Source: Lachnoclostridium sp. UBA1308 | GTDB lineage: Bacteria > Bacillota > Clostridia > Lachnospirales > Lachnospiraceae | NCBI GenBank assembly: GCA_002307215.1 | Contig: DBTU01000028.1 | Span: forward strand, 10,331-74,330 | Length of the DNA stretch: 64,000 nt | Direction of reading: 5' to 3' | In this document: positions 1 to 10,942 of the stretch, piece by piece | Position numbering within the stretch: the stretch's first letter is position 1 | How the letters are laid out: each line of letters opens with the position of its first letter | Position numbers and translations under genes: made by a program | The notes under the pieces: model-generated | What the model was told of the DNA's origin: nothing | What the model saw: the letters and a program-made list of their open reading frames with translations, nothing else | Database searches by the model: none

Positions 1-989
1 TCTGTATCATCAATGTACTCGGGCAATTTTATACGGTTCAATCGAAAGCTTAAATAAGTATCCATAAGACCGACTTCAATTTTCTGTTGATAGCGTCGCT
101 TAGAATCCCTGTGCTCTGTCTTTGATAACTTACATACCACCGATACCGTCAGGGTCTGATGTGCTGTTTTAATAAAGATATGTCCAAAATTATTACCAAC
201 TGTTAAAAATTGTGGATCAATTGCATATGCAATCTGATGGGTATTACCAATAAATCGATCAGACCATAAGAATTTCTGATCTATCTGAATGAACGAGGCA
301 TCTGTACTGACTCTGATTTCAGCATAACCCCATTGATTCTTCGTCAGCGTTACTTTATCAGATGATTTTTCATTGGACATATGGTACTCCACCTGTGTTT
401 TATCAATATCCAAATGGATGGCGGCTTTTTTCTTGATGGTAACCAGAAATTCCTCCAAAGCCTGACTAGTCGAAATACTTTTTCTTAAGTTACGGTAAAT
501 AGACTGATACCTGACTTCATTCGCAAGAAAAACCCGTTCAAAATCCTCTGACCGAAAGACACTCTTCGCATCTGACCAGTCCATTCTCGCTAAATTGGTA
601 AATTGAAAAAGATCCTTAATTTTACCCATGGAGGACATGCAATAGGGATCTTCTATTTGAACTGTAAACGGAAGCGAAACTTCACCAATTTCACTTACTA
701 TGTTGATTTCACCGTGGATTTCATCACCGTTCTTAAGACTTAAAGCATTGAATTGATAGAAAATTGTATTTGTGATATCTTGAAATGTCGATTCTTGAAG
801 CTTCATTAATCGGTTGGAAGAGTATATTGTCCCCTTCATACGCTTTCCTGCACTGTTACTTAGCGTAAAGCTACCCTCGTGGATTTTACCGGCAGTGACG
901 GTAAGGCTGATTTCTTCTTCTGATAAGCAGATGAGAGGCAGCTCATATTCAAAATCCCCATGTGAAAAACGCTCAATCTTTTCCTTCAA
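1..989 (-). CDS. DUF5717-like large conserved Lachnospiraceae protein (5' part; runs off the window)
   Basis: Minus-strand frame read by hand from TTG at 989 with RBS GAGGTG: MKEKIERFSHGDFEYELPLICLSEEEI...; family assignment from memory of the N-terminus. Confidence 0.65.
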   Translation of the reverse strand, partial: MKEKIERFSHGDFEYELPLICLSEEEISLTVTAGKIHEGSFTLSNSAGKRMKGTIYSSNRLMKLQESTFQDITNTIFYQFNALSLKNGDEIHGEINIVSEIGEVSLPFTVQIEDPYCMSSMGKIKDLFQFTNLARMDWSDAKSVFRSEDFERVFLANEVRYQSIYRNLRKSISTSQALEEFLVTIKKKAAIHLDIDKTQVEYHMSNEKSSDKVTLTKNQWGYAEIRVSTDASFIQIDQKFLWSDRFIGNTHQIAYAIDPQFLTVGNNFGHIFIKTAHQTLTVSVVCKLSKTEHRDSKRRYQQKIEVGLMDTYLSFRLNRIKLPEYIDDT

Positions 990-1128
990 TGTCGTCACCT
1001 CAAGAATTATATTCATCATTGGAAGCATTGCAATTTAGAGAAAATAGATTATAATAAAATATTATAATTCAATTGGCAAAAAAAATCCAGTACAACGTTT
1101 CTGACTCGAATAAATAGGGAGGTATCAT

Positions 1129-2226
1129 ATGATAAAGCATGCCGATCATTTTCATGGAAGTGATTTGGAAACCATAGAAAAAATATATGGAATCAAGAAA
1201 GAGGACATCGTAAGTTTCTCGGCTAATGTAAACCCACTTGGGATTTCTCCGAAATTAAAATCCACTCTGTCACAGAGAATTGATGCAATTATGAGTTATC
1301 CTGACCGTGACTATACCGAGCTTCGGAAATGTATCGCTCTCTATGTTAATGCAGAGGCGGAGAACATTATTGTCGGTAACGGTTCAACCGAGCTGATATC
1401 ACTGTTCATCCAAATAAAACATCCAAAAAAAGCTCTTATTATCGGACCGACCTATTCCGAATATGAACGCGAGATAACGCTTGGAGGAGGTGCTACACAC
1501 TACTATCGGCTTGAGGAGGAGAACGATTTTAATCTTGATCTTCATAAGCTGGAGGAGGAACTGACCGCCGATACAGATCTTTTAGTTATCTGTAATCCGA
1601 ACAATCCGACCTCAACTGCCATATCAAAGAATGATATGCGCAAAATCCTTGATATTTGTAAACAAAAAGGCATCTTTGTCATGGTGGATGAAACCTATGT
1701 TGAGTTTGCTCCGGACATTCAGGAAATCAACTGTGCTCCTCTGACCGGATATTATAATAATATTATAATCCTTCGCGGTATTTCAAAATTCTTTGCTGCT
1801 CCGGGGCTTCGCCTTGGTTATGCAATCTGCGGGAATTTGGATTTATTGAAGGAAATCAACCAGAGAAAAAATCCCTGGACGATTAACAGTCTGGCGGCGA
1901 TTGCAGGCGAAATCATGTTCACCGATGAGGAATATATTAAGGATACCAGATCCTTAATTACCGCTGAACGAACCCGAATATGTCAGATACTCGGAGCCTG
2001 TCCGAATGTTCGTTTTTATGAACCGACCGCTAATTTTATTTTGATTAAAATCCTAAAGGAAGAAGTAACTTCGATGGATTTGTTTGAGGCTGCTATCCGA
2101 GAAGGCCTCATGATCCGCGATTGTTCCACCTTTCCCTTCTTAAATAATAAGTTTATCCGTTTCTGCTTTATGTCTCCTGCTCAAAATGATGCGCTGTTGA
2201 AGGTGCTGCTGGAGGTCTTGAGATAA
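1129..2226 (+). CDS. cobD: PLP-dependent class I/II aminotransferase, threonine-phosphate decarboxylase/HisC-like
   Basis: HG..FSANVNPLG, GNGSTELI, CNPNNPT, VDETY, SKFFAAPGLRLGY motifs; GGAGG RBS. Confidence 0.75.
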   Translation: MIKHADHFHGSDLETIEKIYGIKKEDIVSFSANVNPLGISPKLKSTLSQRIDAIMSYPDRDYTELRKCIALYVNAEAENIIVGNGSTELISLFIQIKHPKKALIIGPTYSEYEREITLGGGATHYYRLEEENDFNLDLHKLEEELTADTDLLVICNPNNPTSTAISKNDMRKILDICKQKGIFVMVDETYVEFAPDIQEINCAPLTGYYNNIIILRGISKFFAAPGLRLGYAICGNLDLLKEINQRKNPWTINSLAAIAGEIMFTDEEYIKDTRSLITAERTRICQILGACPNVRFYEPTANFILIKILKEEVTSMDLFEAAIREGLMIRDCSTFPFLNNKFIRFCFMSPAQNDALLKVLLEVLR

Positions 2227-2235
2227 ATCGGATGA

Positions 2236-2529
2236 TTCGAAAAGGTAAAGTGGAATATCATAACAACGAAAGAAGAAGTTGCGGTAATTCATGCTCTTGG
2301 TATACTACCAACATATCAGGGTAAAGGCATTGCTAAGCAAATGGTAAGAGAAGCAATTCTCATTTGTGGTGATAAGCGTCAAAAAGCAATTCGTTTAGAC
2401 GTGCTAGGCTCTAATACTCCAGCACAAAAACTTTATGCAAATATGGGATTTCAATATAGAGATACAATCAAATTGTTTTATGAGGATACTGGAATGACAG
2501 ATTACTTGCTATATGAGTTCACAATGTAA
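2236..2529 (+). pseudogene. 5'-truncated GNAT acetyltransferase remnant
   Basis: Frame reads FEKVKWNIITTKEEVAVIHALGILPTYQGKGIAKQMV...NTPAQKLY (acetyl-CoA motif QGKG); bounded upstream by TGA with no start or RBS. Confidence 0.7.
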
Positions 2530-2728
2530 ATACCAATTTATTGGGATGATTTGCCTCACAGTTTGAATAGAGAATTTTACGTATTAATTGAAAAATTCAA
2601 TCGAGCAACGTAATTTTGCGCTCTGCTCAAAAATATATTGAATATCAACAATATGTTTTGACAGAGCCCTTAGTTTTAAAGTCCATTTATAAATTTATAA
2701 ATTTTAAATAAATTTTACGAATTACTGA

Positions 2729-2795
2729 TTGACTTTAATATATACTATGATATAATTTCATTTAATTTGGTGGCTAACTATTAGGTGACTAACTA
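2729..2795 (+). promoter_or_regulatory. sigma-A promoter and probable MarR operator of the marR-ABC operon
   Basis: TTGACT(2729)-16 bp-TATAAT(2751) with extended TG; tandem 15-bp repeats TTTGGTGGCTAACTA/TTAGGTGACTAACTA at 2766-2795. Confidence 0.6.
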
Positions 2796-2862
2796 ATTAT
2801 GCCCTTCCTAATTCGACATACAAAACAACCCGCAACAACAAAGGAGGAACCACAAGAAAATA

Positions 2863-3297
2863 ATGAAACCCGAACTAGTAGAACTGTTACAATCTTTAGC
2901 AGAGATAATTAAGTTTATTCATCTGCGCTCCTATCATACGCTGAATGATATGCAGATATATCCCGGTCAGCCTAAATTGATCATGCTGATCAAGGAAAAT
3001 GAAGGGATTACACAGAGAGAATTAGCTGAGAAGAATTTTGTCACACCTTCTACTATAACAGGAATGCTTAGTAAGCTGGAAGTTAAAAATTATATTTACC
3101 GCGTTCCGGATACGATTGATAAACGAATCATGAGGGTTTATCTTACACCGGAAGGTCAAACTTTTGCTATTCATGCCAATGAATTTATTAATTCCATGAT
3201 TGAGCAGATATTTGATGGTATCGATGATGAAGAACTTGAAACCTTACAAAGGCTTTCACAAAAACTCAAGAATAACATCCATAACAATGAATCCTAA
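2863..3297 (+). CDS. MarR family transcriptional regulator
   Basis: GITQRELAE...T..L..LE...YI.R.PD..DKR...YLTPEG. Confidence 0.92.
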   Translation: MKPELVELLQSLAEIIKFIHLRSYHTLNDMQIYPGQPKLIMLIKENEGITQRELAEKNFVTPSTITGMLSKLEVKNYIYRVPDTIDKRIMRVYLTPEGQTFAIHANEFINSMIEQIFDGIDDEELETLQRLSQKLKNNIHNNES

Positions 3298-3344
3298 TGG
3301 ATGTTCTATATTCTGACAGAAATAATACTAGAAAGGAATGTTGC

Positions 3345-5588
3345 ATGTTAAAACTACTGAAATTTCTAAAAAAATCGGTAATTGCTATACTTGCAGTTAT
3401 CATATTGCTGATTATCCAAGCTAATTGCGACCTAGCATTACCAACCTACACCTCCGATATTATAAACACCGGTATTATGAAGAATGGTATCCAAAGCTCT
3501 GTACCTGACGTGATTCGTAAGACCGAGCTGGATAAAATAACCCTGTTCATGACCGATGTAGAGGAATCCACCGTACTTCAACACTATACATTAATGAATG
3601 AACAGGATTACAGTGCTGATGAATGGGCAAAATACTTAAAGAAGTATCCTTTATTAGATACAGATAAAATGTATCTCTGGGATGGTAACGAAGAACCTGC
3701 ACTTGCAGATGCCTTCAGTCTTCCCATGATGCTTGTATTATCCCTAGAAGGAGACAGTGATACATCAAAAGCAACCAGACAAAGTCTCCTCGATCAGATT
3801 GCTCCTGGTTTTAAGCAAGAAGATGTTGATATTTTCAGCATTATATTGCAAATACCACCGGATGGTATGGCGCAAATGGTTCCTGCCATGAGAGATAAGG
3901 TATCAGCCATGTCAGATATGATTCTTACTGCAGCAAATGCCTCTTATGTGAAAGCAGAATATGAAGCAATTGGTATTGATGTCGGTCATATGCAGTCGAA
4001 CTACATCCTATATACAGGTGGCTTAATGTTAGGTCTCGCATTGATTGGTATGCTAGCCGCTATCCTTGTAACCTTGATAGCTGCAAGAGTATCGTCAAAA
4101 ATGGGTCGCGATTTGAGAAGCAACGTATTCCAAAAGGTCTTGTCCTTCTCAAGCAAGGAAATGGATCAATTTTCAACCGCTTCTTTGATTACCCGCAGTA
4201 CAAACGATATCATGCAGGTTCAAAACCTGATGGTATGGGTCATCAGAATCGTTATCTACGCTCCTATTTTAGCCTTTGGTGCCGTGATTAAGGTTCTTTC
4301 AACGGAAAGTTCCATGTCTTGGATTTTAATCGTCGCTGTTGGAGCAATATTTGTATTGATCGGCTCATTAATGATAATTGCTATGCCGAAATTTAAATTA
4401 ATGCAAAAGCTAGTCGACAGAATCAATCTTGTTATGAGAGAAATCTTAAGCGGACTTCCGGTTATCCGTGCCTTTAGTACGGTAGATCATGAGAAGAAGC
4501 GCTTTGATAAAGCAAACCAGGATTTAACAAAGAATACACTGTTTGTATCGCGTGTTATGACATTTATGTTCCCGATTTTGTTCTTAATCATGAACTTTGT
4601 TTCCATTCTTATTATCTGGGTAGGAGCCAAGGGCATCGATCAAGGAACTATTCAGATCGGTGATATGATTGCCTTCATTCAATATACGATGCAGATCATC
4701 ATGGCTTTCTTAATGCTTACTATGATCTCAGTAATGCTCCCGAGAGCATCGGTTGCTGCGAAGCGAATCGACGAGATCCTAACTACTAAGTCCTCGATTA
4801 TCGACCCTCTAAAAGAGGAGATTACCGGCACAGGTACAAATGGAGTTCTCGAATTTAATAATGTTTCCTTCCGGTATCCGAATGCAGAAGAGGATGTTCT
4901 ATCCGATATCAGCTTTACTGCTAAGCCCGGTGAGACTACCGCAATCATAGGAAGTACCGGTAGCGGTAAGTCCACACTGATTAATCTGATTCCGAGGTTT
5001 TATGATGTAACGAAGGGTAGCATCCTGCTTGACGGTACAAATATTACAAGTATGAAGCTGAGCCGACTTCGCAACATGCTTGGCTATGTTCCGCAAAAGG
5101 GTGTGTTATTTACAGGAACGATAGAATCTAATATTAAATTCGGTAATATGAGCACTGACGATGAACTGATGAAAAAGGCAGCACGAATTGCTCAAGCGGA
5201 AGAATTTATCGATGATAATTCCGAGGGCTATCAGACTTCCATCGCTCAGGGCGGTACCAACGTATCCGGCGGACAGAAACAGCGGTTATCCATCGCCAGA
5301 GCTATTACAAAGAATCCTGCAGTCTACGTATTTGATGACAGCTTCTCAGCACTTGATTACAAGACTGATTCCAAACTTCGCAGGACGATTAAGGAAGAAT
5401 TAACCGATAGTACAATCATTATCGTAGCCCAAAGAATCAGTACCATCATGAATGCCGAACAGATTATTGTACTCGAGGATGGGCGTATTGTAGGTAATGG
5501 AACACATAGAGAGTTACTTAAAAATTGCGAAGTATATCAACAGATTGCATCTTCCCAATTGTCAAAGGAGGAATTGGATTATGAGTAA
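3345..5588 (+). CDS. ABC exporter, permease + ATPase (heterodimer subunit 1)
   Basis: TM domain, GSTGSGKST, VSGGQKQR, degenerate FDD; start chosen at MLKLL after GAAAGG. Confidence 0.92.
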   Translation: MLKLLKFLKKSVIAILAVIILLIIQANCDLALPTYTSDIINTGIMKNGIQSSVPDVIRKTELDKITLFMTDVEESTVLQHYTLMNEQDYSADEWAKYLKKYPLLDTDKMYLWDGNEEPALADAFSLPMMLVLSLEGDSDTSKATRQSLLDQIAPGFKQEDVDIFSIILQIPPDGMAQMVPAMRDKVSAMSDMILTAANASYVKAEYEAIGIDVGHMQSNYILYTGGLMLGLALIGMLAAILVTLIAARVSSKMGRDLRSNVFQKVLSFSSKEMDQFSTASLITRSTNDIMQVQNLMVWVIRIVIYAPILAFGAVIKVLSTESSMSWILIVAVGAIFVLIGSLMIIAMPKFKLMQKLVDRINLVMREILSGLPVIRAFSTVDHEKKRFDKANQDLTKNTLFVSRVMTFMFPILFLIMNFVSILIIWVGAKGIDQGTIQIGDMIAFIQYTMQIIMAFLMLTMISVMLPRASVAAKRIDEILTTKSSIIDPLKEEITGTGTNGVLEFNNVSFRYPNAEEDVLSDISFTAKPGETTAIIGSTGSGKSTLINLIPRFYDVTKGSILLDGTNITSMKLSRLRNMLGYVPQKGVLFTGTIESNIKFGNMSTDDELMKKAARIAQAEEFIDDNSEGYQTSIAQGGTNVSGGQKQRLSIARAITKNPAVYVFDDSFSALDYKTDSKLRRTIKEELTDSTIIIVAQRISTIMNAEQIIVLEDGRIVGNGTHRELLKNCEVYQQIASSQLSKEELDYE

Positions 5589-7467
5589 AGAAGAAAACAA
5601 AATACAGGCTCCTTCCGCACAACACCAGCCTAGAAGACGTATGGGCGGGCCGGGCGGCGGAGGCCCAGGTGGTCCCGGTATGATGGCCGTCGAAAAGGCA
5701 AAGGATTTCAAGGGAACCATGAAAAAGCTGATATCCGATTTGTCAAAGTATAAAATAGGTTTCTTCATTGTTTTCCTATTTTCCATCGGAAGCTCCATCT
5801 TTACCATTATAGGTCCCAATATCATGGGAAATGCCATAACCGAGATAACAAATGGCGTTATTCGTAAAATAAGCGGCGGAACCGGTATTGACTACGACAT
5901 AGTGAAAACCATCCTAATAACCTTGATTGTTTTATATTCGATCAGTGCTGTTTTTTCATTAATTCAAGGATTTTTTATCACCGGCATTACCCAAAAGGTA
6001 TGCTACAGGTTCCGTAAAGAGATTTCAGAAAAGATCCATCGTATGCCGATGAATTACTTTGATACGACATCCCACGGTGAGATTTTGTCAAGGGTAACAA
6101 ATGACGTTGATACCTTAAACAACAGCCTTGGTCAAAGCTTAACCCAGCTAATCTCATCTATCGTTCAAATTGTTGGTGTATTAGTCATGATGCTGACTAT
6201 CAGCATTCCGATGACCCTGCTCGCATTATTAATACTTCCGATATCCGGAATCGTGGTTAGTAAAGTAATTAAGAAGTCACAAAAATATTTTAAGCAACAG
6301 CAAGAATATCTTGGTCATGTAAATGGTCAGGTCGAAGAAGTATACGGCGGACATAGCATTGTGAAGGTATTTAACAAAGAGACCGAATCTATTACGGAAT
6401 TTAACGAAAAGAACGAAAAGTTATATGAAGCCGCATGGAAATCCCAGTTTTTATCAGGTCTTATGATGCCCATCATGCAATTTATCGGTAACATCGGTTA
6501 TGTGGGTGTTGCAATCCTTGGCGGTTATCTTACCATTCATGGAAAGATAACAATCGGACAGATTCAATCCTTCTTTCAGTATATCCGGTTATTCACACAG
6601 CCGATCGGTCAGCTCAGCCAGGTAGCGAATATGTTCCAGTCCACGGCTGCCGCTGCAGAAAGAGTATATGAATTCTTGGAGTCTCCCGAGGAAGTACAGA
6701 CAATTGAAAACCCTGTGTCTATCGATAATTTGAATGGTAGCGTTGAATTTAGAGATGTTCATTTCGGATATAATCCGGATAAGATCATCATCAACGATTT
6801 CAGCTCCATAATACGTAAGGGTCAAAAGATTGCAATTGTAGGTCCCACCGGTGCCGGCAAAACGACTATGGTGAAGCTTCTGATGCGCTTCTACGATATC
6901 AACAGCGGTGAAATCCTTATTGACGGTCACAATATAACAGACTTTGACCGAAGCGATCTACGCAGACTGTTTGGTATGGTATTACAAGATACTTGGCTGT
7001 TTAACGGAACCATTATGGAAAATATCCGCTACAGCAAGCTTGATGCTACTGATGAAGAAGTAATCAAGGCTGCTAAAGCAGCCCATGTACACCATTTCAT
7101 CAACACCTTACCGGACGGCTATAACATGGTACTCAATGAGGAAGCAAGCAATGTATCTCAGGGCCAGAAGCAGCTGCTTACAATTGCCAGAGCTATATTA
7201 GCAGATCCTAAGATCTTAATCCTTGATGAAGCAACCAGCTCTGTTGACACCAGAACCGAGATATTAATACAAAGAGCGATGGATAGTTTAATGAAGGGCA
7301 GAACCAGCTTCATCATCGCGCACCGTCTATCAACCATTCGCGATGCGGACTTAATCCTCGTTATGAATGAAGGAGATATTGTAGAACAAGGCACTCATGA
7401 AGAGCTTCTTGCAAAGGGCGCTTTCTATGCTAACTTGTATAATTCTCAGTTTGAGAAATCGGCATAA
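5581..7467 (+). CDS. ABC exporter, permease + ATPase (heterodimer subunit 2)
   Basis: GPTGAGKTT, SQGQKQLL, LDEATS, AHRLST; RBS GGAGG before ATG 5581. Confidence 0.92.
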   Translation: MSKEENKIQAPSAQHQPRRRMGGPGGGGPGGPGMMAVEKAKDFKGTMKKLISDLSKYKIGFFIVFLFSIGSSIFTIIGPNIMGNAITEITNGVIRKISGGTGIDYDIVKTILITLIVLYSISAVFSLIQGFFITGITQKVCYRFRKEISEKIHRMPMNYFDTTSHGEILSRVTNDVDTLNNSLGQSLTQLISSIVQIVGVLVMMLTISIPMTLLALLILPISGIVVSKVIKKSQKYFKQQQEYLGHVNGQVEEVYGGHSIVKVFNKETESITEFNEKNEKLYEAAWKSQFLSGLMMPIMQFIGNIGYVGVAILGGYLTIHGKITIGQIQSFFQYIRLFTQPIGQLSQVANMFQSTAAAAERVYEFLESPEEVQTIENPVSIDNLNGSVEFRDVHFGYNPDKIIINDFSSIIRKGQKIAIVGPTGAGKTTMVKLLMRFYDINSGEILIDGHNITDFDRSDLRRLFGMVLQDTWLFNGTIMENIRYSKLDATDEEVIKAAKAAHVHHFINTLPDGYNMVLNEEASNVSQGQKQLLTIARAILADPKILILDEATSSVDTRTEILIQRAMDSLMKGRTSFIIAHRLSTIRDADLILVMNEGDIVEQGTHEELLAKGAFYANLYNSQFEKSA

Positions 7468-7519
7468 ACTAGCGTTGTGGTATCATTCCCAATACCTAAT
7501 GGTAGGTTAAGTAAATCAA

Positions 7520-7553
7520 AAGAGATCCGCTGATTATACGTAGCGGATCTCTT
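7520..7553. terminator. intrinsic terminator between convergent genes
   Basis: AAGAGATCCGCT...AGCGGATCTCTT 12-bp stem. Confidence 0.75.
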
Positions 7554-7582
7554 CTGCTATTACGCTATATTATTCAATGAAA

Positions 7583-8245
7583 CTATTTAATCTCAACACC
7601 TAAAAACCGAGCCAAGGCAGCAGCCTGATAGGTATCTACAATAGCTCCTACCAGTTCTATATGTGTATCTGAAATCATAATCCCATCAATTCTACTTTCT
7701 CTAAAATCTAACCCCTTCAAAGGAGTCCTAAAGAAATCACAATTATTTAAAGTTACATCTTTTAATTCTATCTCCTTTAGAATGCATTCTGCAAGGCAAG
7801 TATTGCTAAAGTTGGAAGATACAATTATCACTTTTTGCAATTTAGAGTGTTCAAAATTAGAGTAGGTAAAGTTAGAATCTGAAAAAAGTACATGCTTTAT
7901 CGTTGAGTTCTGGAATTTACTACCCACTCCTTTACAAGAGATAAATTCGACTTGGCTAAAATATCCATTTTCAAAGGTACAATTAGTAATATCACAATTT
8001 TTAAAATACACATTTGTGAACCCTACTTTACTAAAGTTACAATTCCATAGCCTGCAACCATCAAATTCAACGCAATTATAATCTACCCCTGTTAAATCTT
8101 CATCTGAAACGTACTCTGAGCAAAACCTAAATCTCTCTGCTGTACGCTCCTGCGTTTGCAACTCTATGATCTGGTTTAACATTGAACCTGCTTCTCTAAG
8201 ATCCATTATCTGTGGTGCATTTATCTTCACTTTGTTGATCCTCAC
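7583..8245 (-). CDS. pentapeptide repeat protein
   Basis: Regular xxxxF/L pentapeptides; C-terminal L.GA.V...QA..LA..LG.EIK. Confidence 0.88.
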   Translation of the reverse strand: MRINKVKINAPQIMDLREAGSMLNQIIELQTQERTAERFRFCSEYVSDEDLTGVDYNCVEFDGCRLWNCNFSKVGFTNVYFKNCDITNCTFENGYFSQVEFISCKGVGSKFQNSTIKHVLFSDSNFTYSNFEHSKLQKVIIVSSNFSNTCLAECILKEIELKDVTLNNCDFFRTPLKGLDFRESRIDGIMISDTHIELVGAIVDTYQAAALARFLGVEIK

Positions 8246-8297
8246 TTTTATACAGATTCGTACTAATTACTCCCTTGGAAATGATCAGCTATCGGTC

Positions 8298-10121
8298 TTA
8301 TCTTTCCTTCTTAGCAGCTTCGATCTGCTCGGCAAGATCATTTAAATATACCCAGCGCTCCATCTTTGCTTCCAGTTCTTTCTCCAGAACTTCCTTTACT
8401 GCCATCAGCTCACTTAACTTTGTATAATCAGCAGCAGCCTTTCCAATCGCAGTCTGCGTGTCCGCAAGCTTCGTTTCATAGGTTGTTATTTCCGTATCAA
8501 TCGTATCAAATTCCTTCTGTTCCTGATAACTTAATTTCAACTTTACATCTTTCTGCTTCCAAGTAGTCTGACCTGCCTGCTTCTGCTCCTCTGAGCAGAT
8601 ATTACTCACTTTGGGTGACGGAGTATCCTTTGCGGCACGGATGCTTCTTGCCTCCATATAATCCGAGAAATTTCCCTCATACTGGCGTATCGTACTGGCT
8701 TCAAAGGAAAATATTCTTGTTGCCATTTTATCGAGAAAATAACGGTCATGCGATACCGCAACGACAATACCGGGGAAGCTGTCCAAATAATCCTCCAGTA
8801 TCGTTAGTGTCTGTATATCCAAATCGTTGGTGGGCTCATCAAGTACCAACACATTAGGAGCATCCATCAACACCTTAAGTAAATAGAGTCTTCTCTTCTC
8901 TCCACCCGACAACTTCGCTATCAGGGAATACTGCATAGCTCCGGTGAATAGAAATTTCTCACACATCTGAGAAGCTGTTATCGTTCCCTCAGAGGTCTGA
9001 ATGTACTCCGCGGTATTTCGGATATAATCTATTACTTTAAGACTTTCGTCCATATATTCATTTTCCTGAGAAAAATAGCCTATCTTAATCGTGGTTCCTA
9101 ACTCAACCGTACCCGAATCCGGTGCAAGCTTTCCGGTCAGAATATGAAGCAATGTAGATTTACCGCAGCCATTCGGACCAATCATCCCAATACGGTCTCC
9201 GGGTAGCAAAATATAGGTAAAATCACTGATCAATTTCCTATCACCATAGGACTTACCAATCAGATTTAATTCTATCGTTTTCTTACCAAGTCTGGACGAG
9301 AGAGCATTAATCTCAACCCTATTGTCGGCATCTATTCCCTTACGATCCCTCAGCTCCTCAAAGCGTTGAATATGGGCTTTTTGTTTGGTAGAGCGTGCTC
9401 TTGCTCCTCTTTGCATCCATTCCAATTCCATTCGAAACAGGCTCTTCGCCTTACGTTCCGTTGCTTGTAGCATATCCTCTCGCTCTGCCTTAAGCTCCAG
9501 ATATCCGGAGTAATTGGCCGTATAAGAATAGATACTGCCTTGATCAATCTCAATTATCTTATTCGTAACCTTATCAAGAAAATATCTATCATGTGTGACC
9601 ATAAGAAATGCACCTCGGTATTTGAGTAGATATTCCTCCAACCACTGAGTCATCTCATGATCTAAATGATTCGTAGGCTCATCTAGTACCAGAATTTCCG
9701 CCGGGGTCAGTAGGGTGCGGACTAGCGCTACTCGTTTCTTCTGACCTCCCGATAAAATTCCTGTGAATGCTGTAACATCCGTGATGCCCAGCCGTAGCAA
9801 CATTGCTGTTGCTTCACCCTCCAAGTTGCGATATTCCTCCTCGGCCTTCTGGTTAAGTACCACATTCTGCAAGATGTTTAGTTTCTCATCAAATACCGGC
9901 ATCTGGGGCAGATATCCGATACGAATCTTCTTCCCCTTCGTAACTGTCCCGATGTCCGGCTCCTCCAGTCCTGCAACTATCTTTAACAGAGTAGATTTAC
10001 CTGTTCCGTTAATACCAATGACACCGATTTTCTCTCCCTCACTAATACCAAAGCCTACCTGATCAAAGAGCATCCGGTCTGTATAGCTTTTACTCATATT
10101 TTCTATCGTTAATAAATTCAT
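8298..10121 (-). CDS. ABC-F family ATPase (Uup/YfmR-like)
   Basis: Two ATPase cassettes (GINGTGKST, GPNGCGKST, LDEPTNHLD/LDEPTNDLD), no TM, C-terminal coiled coil. Confidence 0.9.
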   Translation of the reverse strand: MNLLTIENMSKSYTDRMLFDQVGFGISEGEKIGVIGINGTGKSTLLKIVAGLEEPDIGTVTKGKKIRIGYLPQMPVFDEKLNILQNVVLNQKAEEEYRNLEGEATAMLLRLGITDVTAFTGILSGGQKKRVALVRTLLTPAEILVLDEPTNHLDHEMTQWLEEYLLKYRGAFLMVTHDRYFLDKVTNKIIEIDQGSIYSYTANYSGYLELKAEREDMLQATERKAKSLFRMELEWMQRGARARSTKQKAHIQRFEELRDRKGIDADNRVEINALSSRLGKKTIELNLIGKSYGDRKLISDFTYILLPGDRIGMIGPNGCGKSTLLHILTGKLAPDSGTVELGTTIKIGYFSQENEYMDESLKVIDYIRNTAEYIQTSEGTITASQMCEKFLFTGAMQYSLIAKLSGGEKRRLYLLKVLMDAPNVLVLDEPTNDLDIQTLTILEDYLDSFPGIVVAVSHDRYFLDKMATRIFSFEASTIRQYEGNFSDYMEARSIRAAKDTPSPKVSNICSEEQKQAGQTTWKQKDVKLKLSYQEQKEFDTIDTEITTYETKLADTQTAIGKAAADYTKLSELMAVKEVLEKELEAKMERWVYLNDLAEQIEAAKKER

Positions 10122-10144
10122 GATTTACCTTTCTGTGTTACCTT

Positions 10145-10822
10145 TTATTCCAGATTCTCTGTCAGTAGGTCTGTCCCGCTATGATAGCAGTCTTTGATTT
10201 CCCTTAACATACCTTGATAAAAAAGGTCAGCGGTATGTTGCCGCAGCTTAGCAATCTGTTCAGCTCTGTTGGTGTAAAACCTACCATATAGCTTCTCCAA
10301 TTTATATTTATATTCATGAAAGAAGGATTCCTCCGAATCACTTGTCCCATCAAGAACATTTCCTTTCTCATCTAATGAGTATAACGGTTCCGAAACAATT
10401 CCTTTATATACAAGGGTTCTGGCTATTCCTATGGCTCCCGTCGCATCAATTTTATCAGCATCAAATAGAATCTTGGCTTCCATACTGCATGGATCATTAT
10501 CCCTGCGATATCTGTGAGATTGAATACATTCCCTGACATGCGAGGCCTTACTCTCTTCGTAACCAATTGTCTGTAGATACTCATAAGCCATCCTGCTGCC
10601 GATCTGAGCATGACAGACTTCAGGGTTTTTGAACTGCTCTTCTCTCCCGATATCATGAAGCAGACAAGATATTATCAACACTTCCCTATCCACATCTTCC
10701 TCATATGTTGCAATATCAAGTGCCATATATAATACCCTATAAATATGCCCCTTATCATGAGCACTGTCCTTCATACACTGAAGCATATGTGCCTCTATTG
10801 TCCTGTATAGTGTCTGATTCAT
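10145..10822 (-). CDS. HD domain metal-dependent phosphohydrolase
   Basis: AHDKGHIYRV, LLHDIGR, H..., DADKID. Confidence 0.88.
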   Translation of the reverse strand: MNQTLYRTIEAHMLQCMKDSAHDKGHIYRVLYMALDIATYEEDVDREVLIISCLLHDIGREEQFKNPEVCHAQIGSRMAYEYLQTIGYEESKASHVRECIQSHRYRRDNDPCSMEAKILFDADKIDATGAIGIARTLVYKGIVSEPLYSLDEKGNVLDGTSDSEESFFHEYKYKLEKLYGRFYTNRAEQIAKLRQHTADLFYQGMLREIKDCYHSGTDLLTENLE

Positions 10823-10845
10823 TCTACCTGCACCTCGTATTTTTC

Positions 10846-10907
10846 CACATGTCTCATATGTTTATATGTCTCATATGTCTCATATGTCTCATATGTCTCA
10901 TATGTCT
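10846..10907. repeat. 9-bp tandem repeat (CATATGTCT) x ~7
   Basis: Four perfect units at 10872-10907 plus three degenerate units. Confidence 0.95.
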
Positions 10908-10942
10908 ATTGTACCGAATGAAACCAAAATCATCAAGGATAT

